Assembly: GCA_002269645.1 (NCBI GenBank)
Contig: NIVC01001991.1
Location: 1 to 64,000, forward strand
Length of the DNA stretch: 64,000 nucleotides
Reading direction: 5' to 3'
Source: Macrostomum lignano
Lineage: Eukaryota
The notes below the pieces were generated by a model that was given only the letters and a program-made list of their open reading frames with translations, was not told where the DNA came from and did not search any database. The position numbers and the translations under genes are program-made. This document shows positions 1 through 12,400 of this stretch, in pieces; the stretch's first letter is position 1; each line of letters begins with the position of its first letter.

Positions 1-144
1 ATTGTTAAGATGACAGTAAATCACCGAATAAATCCTGCTGCATAACATTCGATCATCAATACTACTAATGATGAAAGTACGGTAAGTAGTATATAATCGC
101 TTTTGGTACAGAGATTATTATTTATGAAACAAAATAAAACTCAG

Positions 145-2574
145 GACCTGGCCGACATGAACCTTGACGAGCTCGCCGCGGCCGAGGATGACGTGGACAG
201 CGATGACGAGAAATTTCTCGAAGCTTATCGCCGGCAGCGGCTGGCCGAGATGCGCGACGCCGCCGCCAAGTCTCGATTCGGACAGGTGCGCGAAATCTCC
301 CGGGCCGATTGGAAACGCGAGGTAAACGAGGCTGGCCAAGATGTGCCGGTTGTTGTGCTCATCACTCGGCAGGGGCTGGTTGGCTCTAAACTGCTCGAAG
401 ATTGTCACAGGCGGTTGGCGGCTAAGTTTCCCCAGGTAAAGTACAAGTTATTCCGGCATTGTTTAGTTGTTTTCACTTGGAGTTCACTCTGGAGGTGTGA
501 CTTTGCTGAAGTCACTCTTAGGATGTGTGACTTTGTTAAAGTCACTCTAGGTCACTATAGTCTAGTCAATATAAGTCTTCGTTAAAAAGGAGTTTACAAT
601 TTATCCTTTACTTCGGAGTTATGACCCTTTCAGTCACAAATCCATGTATTATACTACTTTCTTACTAAGTAGCCATGAACTATTTTAACCTTTTTAAGTC
701 TCTGATTGCTGCATTAGTACAGTATTGTTTGTAATAGTTTTAATCTTATTCTACAACTCTCCTATACAGGTGAAATTCGTACGCGGGGAGGCCGACAATT
801 GCATACCGAACTATCCGGACAAGAACGTGCCCACTATATTGCTGTATAAGAATGACGGACTTATTAAACAGTGGATTGGATTGGACAGTTTTGGCGGCAG
901 CAAGGCGTCACCCGATGGTGAGTTTGGCAGTTTTTAGGGATGCCAAGGCTCAAGGGGAGTTGCTGAGATGCCAATGCTCAAGGGGGAGTTGCTGAGATGC
1001 CAGTGCTCAAGGGGGAATTGCTGAGATGCCAATGCTCAAGGGGGAGTTGCTGAGATGCCAGTGCTCAAGGGGGAGTTGCTGAAATGCCAATGCTCAAGTT
1101 GTTGCTGAGATGCCAATGCTCAAGTTGTTGCTGAGATGCCAATGCTCAATGGGAGTTGCTGAGATACCAATTCCCAATGGGAGTTGCTGAGATGCCAATG
1201 CTCAATGGGAGTTGCTGAGATACCAATTCCCAATGGGAGTTGCTGAGATACCAATTCCCAATGGGAGTTGCTGAGATGCCAATGCTCAAGGGGAGTTGCT
1301 GAGATACCAATTCTCAATGGGAGTTGCTGAGATACCAATGCTCAAGGGGGGGAGTTGCTGAGATGCCAATGCTCAAGGGGGGAGTTGCTGAGATGCCAAT
1401 GCTCAATGGGAGTTTCTGAGATACCAATGCTCAATGGGAGCTGCTGAGATACCAATTCCCAATGGGAGTTGCTGAGATGCCAATTCCCAATGGGAGTTGC
1501 TGAGATGCCAATGCTCAAGGGGAGTTGCTGAGATACCAATTCTCAATGGGAGTTGCTGAGATACCAATTCTCAATGGGAGTTGCTGAGATACCAATGCTC
1601 AAGGGGGGGGGGAGTTGCTGAGATGCCAATGCTCAAGGGGGGAGTTGCTGAGATGCCAATGCTCAATGGGAGTTTCTGAGATACCAATGCTCAATGGGAG
1701 CTGCTGAGATACCAATTCTCAATGTGAGTTGCTGAGATGCCAATGCTCAATGGGAGTTTCTGAGATACCAATGCTCAATGGGAGCTGCTGAGATACCAAT
1801 TCTCAATGTGAGTTGCTGAGATACCAATGCTCAATGTGAGTTGCTGAGATACCAATGCTCAAGGGGAGTTGCTGAGATGCCATATTCTCAATGGGAGTTG
1901 CTGAGATGCCAATGCTCAAGGGGAGTTGCTGAGATGCCAATGCTCAATGGGAGTTTCTGAGATACCAATGCTCAATGGGAGCTGCTGAGATACCAATTCT
2001 CAATGTGAGTTGCTGAGATGCCAATGCTCAATGGGAGTTTCTGAGATACCAATGCTCAATGGGAGCTGCTGAGATACCAATTCTCAATGTGAGTTGCTGA
2101 GATACCAATGCTCAATGTGAGTTGCTGAGATACCAATGCTCAAGGGGGAGTTGCTGAGATGCCAATGCTCAAGGGCGGGGGAGTTGCTGAGATGCCTATG
2201 CTCAAGGGGGGGGGAGTTGCTGAGATGCCAATTCTCAATGGGAGTTGCTGAGATGCCAATGCTCAAGGGGGGGGGGAGTTGCTGAGATACCAATTCTCAA
2301 TGGGAGTTGCTGAGAAGCCAATTCTCAATGGAGTTGCTGAGATACCAATGCTCAATGGGAATTGCTGAGACGCGTCAAATTCAGCAAGTTCAGTGCGTCA
2401 ACAAAATATTTATTTAACTATTTAATAATATTCCTAACCCTCGCAGCTCTTGAATGGATGCTCGGCAAGGAGGGCGGAGTGCTGCAGACGGAGCTTGAGG
2501 CGGATCCCAGACTAGCCGCTAAATCGATGCAGCAAAAAGACGCTGAGCAAAGCTCTGATGATGACGATTATTAG
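145..2574 (+). CDS. PDCL3: Phosducin-like protein 3 (5' partial); exons 145-435, 770-917, 2447-2574
   Basis: The translation DMNLDELAAAEDD...YRRQRLAEM...FGQVREIS...LAAKFPQ|VKFVRGEADNCIPNYPDKNVPT...|ALEWML matches the PhLP2/PDCL3 family. Introns are canonical GT-AG with consistent phases (0, 1). The start exon was not located. Confidence 0.85.
935..2350. repeat. Intronic minisatellite, ~28-bp unit GGGAGTTGCTGAGAT(G/A)CCAATGCTCAA, ~50 copies
   Basis: Tandem unit visible directly; fills most of PDCL3 intron 918-2446. Confidence 0.95.
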
Positions 2575-3089
2575 AACGCAGCCGCCTCATACAGAGAGGC
2601 GAAATTCTTTGATCACGCCTTCCCCCCCCCCCTGTTTGTTGCCATTTAATCTCGTCTCTCCCTTCAATATGCTGATAATCCCGCACTGCTTTAGTTGCAC
2701 TGCATGCTTCTCTGTTTGTATCTGCATCTACTATATTGAGTAGCCATGCATGCGCTTATGCAGTATTTTATGTTATTATTTATTAAACTCTTACGATTCT
2801 ATTTAATAAGTTGTTTGTTTCGAATGAACTTTGATTTTTATATTTGATAAATCTATTTAATACTGACCTTTTTGAATTGCTATTCGGTATATATCAATTG
2901 ATATCTATAATTAAGCAAGTCAATGGCCTGATTGTTTGCACTTAAAATGGCAAAATATCATGATGAGTTGTTGAATACAATTCTAATTGCTGATGCGATT
3001 TTTGTTAAAATACGGCGTTTGCTAAATTTATTTTCTATTAGTTTTATACGAGCGTAGGTTCTGTAATATCGATTTCTCGTTAACTTGTC

Positions 3090-4170
3090 TCTGCGCTTGC
3101 TTCACTTGCTGTCTCACTGGTGGGCTTATTGGTTGTCTCTCTGGTTGCCTCACTGACTGGCTTATTGGTTGTCTCTCTAGTTGCCTCACTGATGGCTTGT
3201 TGGCTGTCTCTCTAGTTGCCTCACTGACTGGCTTATTGGTTGTCTCTCTGGTTGCCTCACTGACTGGTTTATTGGTTGTCTCTCTGGTTGCCTCACTGAT
3301 GCCTTATTGGCTGATTGGCTGTCTCTCTGGTTGCCTCACTGACTGGCTTATTGGTTGTCTCTCTAGTTGCCTCACTGGTGGGCTTATTGGTTGTCTCTCT
3401 AGTTGCCTCACTGATGGCTTATTGGTTGTCTCTCTGGTTGCCTCACTGACTGGCTTATTGGTTGTCTCTCTGGTTGCCTCACTGATGGCTTATTGGCTGT
3501 CTCTCTGGTTGCCTCACTGACTGGCTTATTGGTTGTCTCTCTAGTTGCCTCACTGATGGCTTATTGATTGTCTCTCTAGTTGCCTCACTGATGGCTTATT
3601 GATTGTCTCTCTAGTTGCCTCACTGATGGCTTATTGGCTGTCTCTCTCGTTGCCTCACTGACTGGCTTATTGGTTGTCTCTCTAGTTGCCTCACTGATGG
3701 CTTATTGACTGTCTCTCTAGTTGCCTCACTGACTGGCTTATTGGTTGTTTCTCTGGTTGCCTCACTGAGTGGCTTATTGGTTGTCTCTCTAGTTGCCTCA
3801 CTGAATGGCTTATTGGTTGTCTCTCTGGTTGCCTCACTGACTGGCTTATTGGTTGTCTCTCTAGTTGCCTCACTGACTGGCTTATTGGTTGTCTCTCTGG
3901 TTGCCTCACTGACTGGCTTATTGGTTGTCTCTCTAGTTGCCTCACTGACTGGCTTATTGGTTGTCTCTCTGGTTGCCTCACTGATGGCTTGTTGCTGTCT
4001 CTCTAGTTGCCTCACTGACTGGCTTATTGGTTGTCTCTCTGGTTGCCTCACTGACTGGCTTATTGATTGTCTCTCTAGTTGCCTCACTGGTGGCTTATTG
4101 ACTGTCTCTCTAGTTGCCTCACTGGTGGCTTATTGACTGTCTCTCTAGTTGCCTCACTGATGCCTTATTG
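3090..4170. repeat. Minisatellite, 35-36-bp unit TTGCCTCACTGACTGGCTTATTGGTTGTCTCTCT(A/G)G, ~30 copies
   Basis: Tandem unit visible directly; ends about 15 nt before the acceptor at 4185. Confidence 0.95.
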
Positions 4171-4185
4171 GTTCTTCTATTCCAG

Positions 4186-4944
4186 TCGGTCGGCAAGCGA
4201 ACCGAGCTGTACATCCGGCGTCGACGCGACGGAGTCCTGGTGCCGGCTGCCGATGACCTTGGCCGGCTTCGCCTCACTAATATCATCCCTCTAGGCGTCA
4301 AGGAGACGGACGACGCTGTCTGCGTCATTCTGGCCGACGCCGAAGAGGCAACGGCGGCGTCGGCGGCTGCTGGAGGCATTGCTGCGGCCACTTTTTCCAG
4401 CTGCCGCCCCAGTCCGGCCTCCTCGAATTCCACCGTGTCGGCTACGCCTGCCAGCTTGTCGTCTGAGCCTCAGCTGCCGTCGCCACCGCCGCCTGCCCTG
4501 CTTCGGCATCCTCAGCTCCCTTTGCCACTTCATCAAAGTCGGTCTTCGATTCATTCCTCATCAACAGCAGCAACTAACAGCCGGGACAGGTGTCGGATGT
4601 TCACCTGTCGGCTGTGCGATAGGACGTTTACAAATTCTCGCAACTGTCAGCTGCACCAGCAGTCGCATCTGCCGTTGACCCAGCGGCCCAGATACCGATG
4701 CGGCCTGTGCTGCCGGGTCTACACCAGCCCGTCCGGCCTGAGCAAGCACTGCCGTCGCTGTCATTCGACGGAATCCAACGTGTGCGGAGCCAGCTATTCG
4801 TTTCATTGCGGACTCTGCCATGCCGGTTTCAATTCTCGAGAGCTGCTGGCCAGGCACGAGAGACTGCACAATGGGCGCCGCAACTATCTACATGTGGTCA
4901 GTTCGACGGGACGCGAAGGCGTTATTGCCGGACGGAATGATTGA
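4186..4944 (+). CDS. C2H2 zinc-finger protein, main or last coding exon with three fingers; start unresolved
   Basis: Acceptor ttcttctattccag|TCG at 4185/4186. Fingers: FTCRLCDRTFTNSRNCQLHQQSH, YRCGLCCRVYTSPSGLSKHCRRCH, FHCGLCHAGFNSRELLARHERLH. Stop at 4942-4944. Confidence 0.75.
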   Translation, partial: SVGKRTELYIRRRRDGVLVPAADDLGRLRLTNIIPLGVKETDDAVCVILADAEEATAASAAAGGIAAATFSSCRPSPASSNSTVSATPASLSSEPQLPSPPPPALLRHPQLPLPLHQSRSSIHSSSTAATNSRDRCRMFTCRLCDRTFTNSRNCQLHQQSHLPLTQRPRYRCGLCCRVYTSPSGLSKHCRRCHSTESNVCGASYSFHCGLCHAGFNSRELLARHERLHNGRRNYLHVVSSTGREGVIAGRND

Positions 4945-4989
4945 TTCTGAGCTGGTTGGGGCAGATTTTTCTGCCAGGTTTATCCGCCA

Positions 4990-6430
4990 CCCTACCAGAT
5001 CCTCAGTTGATGGGCCAGCCTCCCAGATCCTCAGTTGCTGGGCCAGCCTCCCAGATCCTCAGTTGCTGGGCCAGCCTCCCAGATCCTCAGTGTTTGGGCT
5101 AGCCTCCCAGATTCTCATTTGTTGTCCAGCCTCCCAGATCCTCAGTTGCTGGGCCAGCCTCCCAGATCCTCAGTGTTTGGGCTAGCCTCCCAGATCCTCA
5201 TTTGTTGTCCAGCCTCCCAGATCCTCAGTTGCTGGGCCAGCCTCCCAGATCCTCAGTGTTTGGGCTAGCCTCCCAGATCCTCATTTGTTGTCCAGCCTCC
5301 CAGATCCTCAGTTGCTGGGCCAGCCTCCCAGATCCTCAGTGTTTGGGCTAGCCTCCTAGATCCTCATTTGTTGTCCAGCCTCCCAGATCCTCAGTTGCTG
5401 GGCCAGCCTCCCCGATCCTCAATTGCTGGGCCAGCCTCCCAGATCCTCAGTTGCTGGGCCAGCCTCCCAGATCCTCAGTTGCTGGGCCAGCCTCCCAGAT
5501 CCTCAGTTGCTGGGCCAGCCTCCCAGATCCTCAGTGTTTGGGCTAGCCTCCCAGATTCTCATTTGTTGTCCAGCCTCCCAGATCCTCAGTTGCTGGGCCA
5601 GCCTCCCAGATCCTCAGTGTTTGGGCTAGCCTCCCAGATCCTCATTTGTTGTCCAGCCTCCCAGATCCTCAGTTGCTGGGCCAGCCTCCCAGATCCTCAG
5701 TGTTTGGGCTAGCCTCCCAGATCCTCATTTGTTGTCCAGCCTCCCAGATCCTCAGTTGCTGGGCCAGCCTCCCAGATCCTCAGTGTTTGGGCTAGCCTCC
5801 TAGATCCTCATTTGTTGTCCAGCCTCCCAGATCCTCAGTTGCTGGGCCAGCCTCCCCGATCCTCAATTGCTGGGCCAGCCTCCCAGATCCTCAGTTGCTG
5901 GGCCAGCCTCCCAGATCCTCAGTTGCTGGGCCAGCCTCCCAGATCCTCAGTTGCTGGGCCAGCCTCCCAGATCCTCAATTGCTGGGCCAGCCTCCCAGAT
6001 CCTCAGTTGCTGGGCCAGCCTCCCAGATCCTCAATTGCTTGGCCAGTCTCCCAGATCCTCAATTGCTGGGCCAGCCTCTCAGATCCTCAATTGCTGGGCC
6101 AGCCTCCCAGATCCTCAGTTGCTGGGCCAGCCTCCCAGATCCTCAATTGCTGGGCCAGCCTCCCAGATCCTCAGTTGCTGGGCCAGCCTCCCAGATCCTC
6201 AATTGCTTGGCCAGTCTCCCAGATCCTCAGTTGCTGGGCCAGCCTCTCAGATCCTCAATTGCTGGGCCAGCCTCCCAGATCCTCAATTGCTTGGCCAGTC
6301 TCCCAGATCCTCAGTTGCTGGGCCAGCCTCTCAGATCCTCAATTGCTGGGCCAGCCTCCCAGATCCTCAATTGCTTGGCCAGTCTCCCAGATCCTCAATT
6401 GCTGGCCAGCCTCTCAGATCCTCAGTGTCT
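4990..6430. repeat. Minisatellite, 28-bp unit CCTCCCAGATCCTCAGTTGCTGGGCCAG, ~50 copies, with an ~83-bp higher-order triplet in the 5' half
   Basis: Tandem unit visible directly; three variants cycle over ~5040-5830. Confidence 0.95.
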
Positions 6431-8659
6431 GGGCCGTCACCTTCATTGCCTGGGTAGGGCTACCATCCGCAATCTCAGACCCACAGAGACTGCCCTGTCA
6501 CAATGCCACACAGTGATTCTAAATCCACATTGTCATTGTGGCTATAGATGATGTTCCTCTTCTCATTAATATTACCGTTCACGCAATGTCCATGTCCGCA
6601 TTGCTTCTCTGTAGTTAGCACTCTAGTTAGACATTGTTTGTGACGTTAGGCTTTTTGCTTTAAACTGCTTTTATATGGTTTTACAATAACGCGCAATGGT
6701 TACGCTACGCGTCATTCCTTTATTAACTGTCTGCAAATATCGGCCGCATTTATACTTATTCAAAGATGTTTGCACATGCGTCCTATTTTAACTTTTCCTC
6801 ACTCCACACCCATTCCTCCCCCCAACTTGTTTTATTGCATCAATATTTTTAAGCCGAGAAATATTACTTTCTTAGAAACTAGAATAGTTAAACAAAGATT
6901 TCGATTAAGAAGCGCTATCGTTTTTATTGTTACACAATTTGTGTCGTGCAATTTTGCTTTAGAAGCATTTCTCTTATCTCTTTGCATACCATCAGCTCTA
7001 ATGTAGTGAGTTCTCTCTGTCACTTTTTTATTTACTTTTTTCCTCAGCAACAGCGTGATCTCAGATCCCATATTTACTGTGGGTTTTTGTTAATTGCTTT
7101 TTCCTGTATTGCTGGCTTTATCTTTGGTCTGTTTCATGTTGCAGCATTTCTTCTCTTATGTTCCGTTTTGTGCGCAATATTAAAAGATTGTTTCTATATT
7201 TAACAGTTATATCATGATTCCATTTCTATCCGTGACCATCAAGGTGTGAGACTAATAGAACTTCTGGCATATTGCCCAAAGTGGCACTCTTTCCTGCTCG
7301 ATAAGGGCCTCATTTTCATCATTCATATTTTAATGGGTTTCTCGTGTGAAAGAGCTTTTTATTAACTAATTTTCTTGTTCAGCAGTAGCTTTAACAGAGA
7401 ATTTGACGCCTTCTTTCTTGTGTGAGCTCAGGCCTCACTTATTTTTCTCTAATTAATTTTCGAGAAACTTTTCTAATTCCGTGCTGGTTAATAATCTCCA
7501 TGGTTTGAGAATACATATACATTACATATATTTCCTCTTTTATTATGTAAAAACACAGTATTCTCTTCTTCAAGTTATTTACCCCTTTTTACTGTGATAT
7601 TTCTGACAGTTTTAACACGTGGTTAGTACGCAACTATTCATAGATAATAGGCGGGCACCCTTTATAGTGTGATTAGCAAATTTATTGCTATTATAATGTG
7701 TTGAGTAAGTGTATAAGGTTAGCTGGGTGAACTGTGTACTTTTTATTATTATTGTATACACTATTCTCCACGTGTTTGTCCTCTGCTGCTGGGTGAGAAT
7801 GAGAGACAGATGGAAGAAAATGGTGTCAAGTTTCAGTTTTTGGGAGACCGGTGCATGCTATTTTTTTGAGTGCCTGCTGGGCAGAGATAAGCATGGCTTA
7901 TGCTCTATAATGCTCGGGTGAGCAACCGTTTGCGGGAGATAGATTCTGGGTTTGGGTTAGAAATTGGTCGAAAATTCAGTTGTTGAAATTCATGGAAATT
8001 CAAGAATTCAATTTAATGAAAAAGCGTTTAGAGTTTCTTTGGTTTGTTTTTTGGATTAAATTGATAATTTCCCTCTTAACACTTTTCGTGTGTCTGCCTT
8101 CTGTTCCTGTGCGTCTGCAGGAGGGCCAACCCCCCAAGGCACATTAGTATCGAAAGTCAAGGGCCGCTCGCTGTACACCTTGTGTGAGCGTGTACCTGCG
8201 TACAGTACAGTACGCTGGTTGTTGGACGATGTCGCCGAAGACTTTGGGTCAAGGTGCCCGCAAGCCTGACATATACTCAGCAAACATTGAAAAGTCGCCA
8301 CCCTTTGCCCCAAATGAGCAGTGTCTTTCGACCAGCGTCTATCACCTTGCTAAACCATTTTGATATGAAAAAATGCTTGAAAAAAACAATGAAAACCCGG
8401 CGGAAGCTTCAATCCGTCAAATCCTTGCCCTCCGCTCTTCCCAATCCCTCCTCACCCAGCCCAACTCTGCGTCCCGTGGCGCAAGTTGCGTCATTCAAAA
8501 GCCAATACTGAGCTGGAATGTTGTTGAGCCTCTCTATATCCGGCCCTCCGGGTCCTTTGAAACTTCACAATAGCAATCCGTCCCGTTCCAGGTTGGTGTC
8601 TCTTCTCAGCTCTCTCTCCTCTTCTCTCCTCTATCATCTATCATCTTCTACTTGCTATC

Positions 8660-8985
8660 TTCAGGATGCTTGCTATCTGCGGTTGCTTATTCTTGAAAAG
8701 GGGGGTGCTTGCTATCTGGGGATGCTTGCTATCTGGGGATGCTTGCTATCTGGGGGATGCTTGCTATCTGGGGGATGCTTGCTATCTGGGGGATGCTTGC
8801 TATCTGGGGGGTGCTTGCTATCTGGGGATGCTTGCTATCTGGGGGATGCTTGCTATCTGGGGGATGCTTGCTATCTGGGGGATGCTTGCTATCTGGGGGA
8901 TGCTTGCTATCTGGGGGATGCTTGCTATCTGAAGGATGCTTGCTGTCTGGGAGATGCTTGCTGTCTGGGGGATGCTTGCTATCTT
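8660..8985. repeat. Minisatellite, 17-18-bp unit GGGGGATGCTTGCTATCT
   Basis: Tandem unit visible; the same unit occurs on the opposite strand at 53800-54330. Confidence 0.95.
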
Positions 8986-9224
8986 GGTTATATTTTTATT
9001 TAGGGGGAATGTCTATTTTTTGTGAAAGCTTTATTTTGTCGTCTTTGTTAAGAGCTAATTTTAGAAAAGAAAGAGCTTCATAGCAAACATCTTTGTCCGT
9101 GAAATTTTACTTGAATAAGGTGATTTTTAAAACTGAAGAAGGAATTGGTTTTTTAGAAAAGTGCTTTTTAATTTTTCCTTTTCCTCATTCTATTATATTC
9201 TATTCCTTCTCCCATCTGGCCTGC

Positions 9225-9283
9225 AGCCATAAGCTGGATTCTTTATCCGGCCCTTGAAGGTAAAAAAAGGTAGCCGACCCCTG
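9225..9283 (-). mobile_element. hAT-like terminal remnant (single end)
   Basis: The reverse complement reads CAGGGGTCGGCTACC...GGGCCGGATAAAG, resembling hAT/Charlie-type termini. No matching second end or TSD was found. Confidence 0.3.
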
Positions 9284-9440
9284 GCCTAATTACTGCAATA
9301 ATCTGTTATGATTAGAATTTCACGTTTCAAATTAATACCATAATTGTACTTCCTCAATCGAATTTCATGCTTGATATAAGAACAACTTCGCCCAAATCAA
9401 CACAGACACTTAAGCCGACTTGAAACTATATATAATAGTA

Positions 9441-12400
9441 ATGGAAGCCATTGTGAAGCACATTGAGAACACGGTCTCACCCGATCCGGCTGTTCGCAAG
9501 CCAAGCGAGCAGCACCTCCAGTCCTCGGCCTGCCAGCCGGGCTTCCCGCTCTCTCTGCTGCACATTGTCTGCCAGCCGAACCTGTCCAGCACAGTCCGCC
9601 TGTCCGCCGCGGTGCTGCTGAAGAACAGCGTCAAGCAGCACTGGCGCGACGATGAAGCCGCTGACACTTCCATTGCTCACGACGATCGGAACGCCTGAAG
9701 GTCGAACTAGTCGACGCCATGCTGTCCAGCCCGGCCGCCCTGCAGAACCAGCTGTCCGACGTGATCGCCCTGATTGGTCGGGCCGATTTCCCCGACCGTT
9801 GGCCGGGCCTGATTGGCCAGCTGGTGGCCAGATTTAGTTCGGGCGATTTTCACGCAATCAATGGCGTATTGAAAACTGCACACTCGCTGTTCCGGCGCTA
9901 TCGGTACGAGTCCCGATCGGACCGGCTCTGGCTGGAGATCAAATACGTGCTGCAGAATTTTGCCCAGCCGCTTACGGACCTGTTTCTGGCCGCTATGGAC
10001 TATGCCGCCGCTCAGGCCAGCGCGTCTAATAAGGATGGCCTGCAGGTCTGCGTCTGCGGGGTTCCGACTGCCTAAATTTGACTCTATAGTGCTGGGTCAT
10101 GTCGGGGCTGGATTTGGGTCATGTTGCGGCTGGATTTGAGTCGTTTTGGGGCTTGATTTTGGGGGGTCATGTTCGGGCTTGATTTGGGTCATGTGGGGGC
10201 TGGATTTAAGTCGTGTCGGGGCTGGATTTGAGTCATGTTGGGGCTGGATTTGAGTCGTGTCGGGGCTGGATTTGAGTCATGTTGGGGCTGGATTTGAGTC
10301 GTCTTGGGTCTGGATTTGAGTCGTGTTAGGGCTGGATTTGAGTCGTGTTGGGGCTGGATTTGAGTCGTTTTGGGGCTTGATTTTGGGGGGTCATGTTCGG
10401 GCTGGATTTGAGTCATGTTGGGGCTGGATTTGAGTCGTGTTGGGGCTGGATTTGAGTCGTGTTGGGGCTGGATTTGAGTCGTGTTGTGGCTGGATTTGGG
10501 TCGTTTTGGGGCTTGATTTGAGTCGTGTTGGGGCTGGATTTGAGTCGTGTTGGGGCTGGATTTGAGTCGTGTTGGGGCTGGATTTGGGTCGTTTTGGGCT
10601 TGCTTTTGGGGGTCATGTTCGGGCTGGATTTGAGTCGTGTTGGGGCTGGATTTGAGTCGTGTTGGGGCTGGATTTGGGTCATTTTGGGGCTTGATTTTGG
10701 GGGTCATGTTCGGGCTGGATTTGAGTCGTGTTGGGGCTGGATTTGAGTCGTGTTGAGGCTGGATTTGAGTCGTGTTGGGGCTGGATTTGAGTCGTGTTGG
10801 GGCTGGATTTGAGTCATGTTGGGGCTGGATTTGGGTCATGTTGGGGCTGGATGAGGGTCATGTTGGGGCTGGATGAGGGTCATGTGGGGGCTGGATTTGA
10901 GGGGTCATGTGGGGGCTGGATTTGAGTCATCTTGGGGCTGGATTTGGGTTATATTGAGACTTGAGTTGGGTCATGTCGATGCTAAATTGCGTCATACGGA
11001 GGCTGAAATGAGTCATATTGAGCTTTCAAAATAGGTATGAATGTTGTCTAATGAATATACGCATAGGTTCATAGGTGGATCTGGGAGGCGGGGGTTGAGA
11101 TGTATCTTTGGCGCCAAAATGGGTTATTTAGGTTCCAAAATTGGTGGTTTAGGTTCTAAATGGGGCATACATGAAAATTGTCAAAGCGGGTCATACAGGC
11201 ACATCGATTCGCTCGCATTACCGTCTCCCTCTCTTCAATACTCACGCTGCCTCCCTCAGACCGTGTGCGGCTGCCTACTGCTAATCTGCAAGATATTCTA
11301 CAGCTTAAACTACCAGGACATTCCGGAATTCTTCGAGGACAACATGCCGAAATGGATGCCCCGCCTCCGGGAGCTGCTGCAGCTGCGCAGCCCGCTGTTG
11401 GAATCCGCCGATCCTGACGAAGCCGGAATTCTGGAGCAGATCGGCTCGCAGATCTGCGAAATTGTCAGCCTATACGCTTGCAAATACGATGAAGAATTCG
11501 CCCCCTATCTGCCAGACTTTGTCAAGGACGTCTGGAGCTTGCTACTGGCCACGGGGCCGCAGTCTAAATACGACCTGCTAGTTAGCAATGCTATCAAATT
11601 CTTGGCTAGCGTGGCCGAACGACCGCAAAACAAGCAGCTATTTGGCGAGCCGGAAACTCTCAGACAGCTGTGCGAACGAATTGTTATTCCTAATATGCAT
11701 TTGAGACCGTCTGATGAGGAGCTGTTTCATTACAACGCCGAAGAGTAAGTGCTTGGTTTTGTTATTTTTTGTTTCAATCCTGTACTTTCTTATCTAGCTC
11801 CTAAGCTAATACTTCATTCCGCTCCTAAGCTAATACTTCATTCCGCTCCTAAGCTAATACTTCATTCCGCTCCTAAGCTAATACTTCATTCCGCTCCTAA
11901 GCTAATGCTTCATTCCGCTCCTAAGCTAATACTTCATTCCGCTCCTAAGCTAATACTTCATTCCGCTCCTAAGCTAATACTTCATTCCGCTACTAAGGTA
12001 AAACTTCATTCCGCTCCTAAGCTAATGCTTCATTCCGCTCCTAAGCTAATACTTCATTCCGCTCCTAAGCTAATACTTCATTCCGCTCCTAAGCTAATAC
12101 TTCATTCCGCTACTAACGTAAAACTTCATTCCGCTACTAAGCTAATCCTTCATTCCGCTACTAAGCTAATCCTTCATTCCGCTCCTAAGCTAATACTTCA
12201 TTCCGCTCCTAAGCTAATACTTCATTCCGCTCCTAAGGTAATCCTTCATTCCGCTACTAAGGTAATCCTTCATTCCGCTCCTAAGCTAATACTTCATTCC
12301 GCTCCTAAGCTAATACTTCATTCCGCTCCTAAGCTAATCCTTCATTCCGCTCCTAAGCTAATCCTTCATTCCGCTACTAAGCTAATCCTTCATTCCGCTA

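Noticed and set aside
1-144. Upstream PDCL3 exon ending at the GTAAGT at 82
   Set aside because: The phase-compatible frame has a TAA at 43-45 and no usable acceptor; left unresolved.
6770-7921. Short hydrophobic ORFs in AT-rich DNA (also 33107, 36433-37058, 63039-63277)
   Set aside because: Non-ATG or short, no recognisable motifs, and expected by chance in AT-rich sequence.
8118-9283. Intact hAT element between CAGGAGGGCCAAC and the 9283 terminus
   Set aside because: The ends match poorly and there is no 8-bp TSD.
9690-9700. Selenocysteine or stop readthrough at the CSE1L TGA
   Set aside because: Homology continues in a different frame, so readthrough would not restore the protein.
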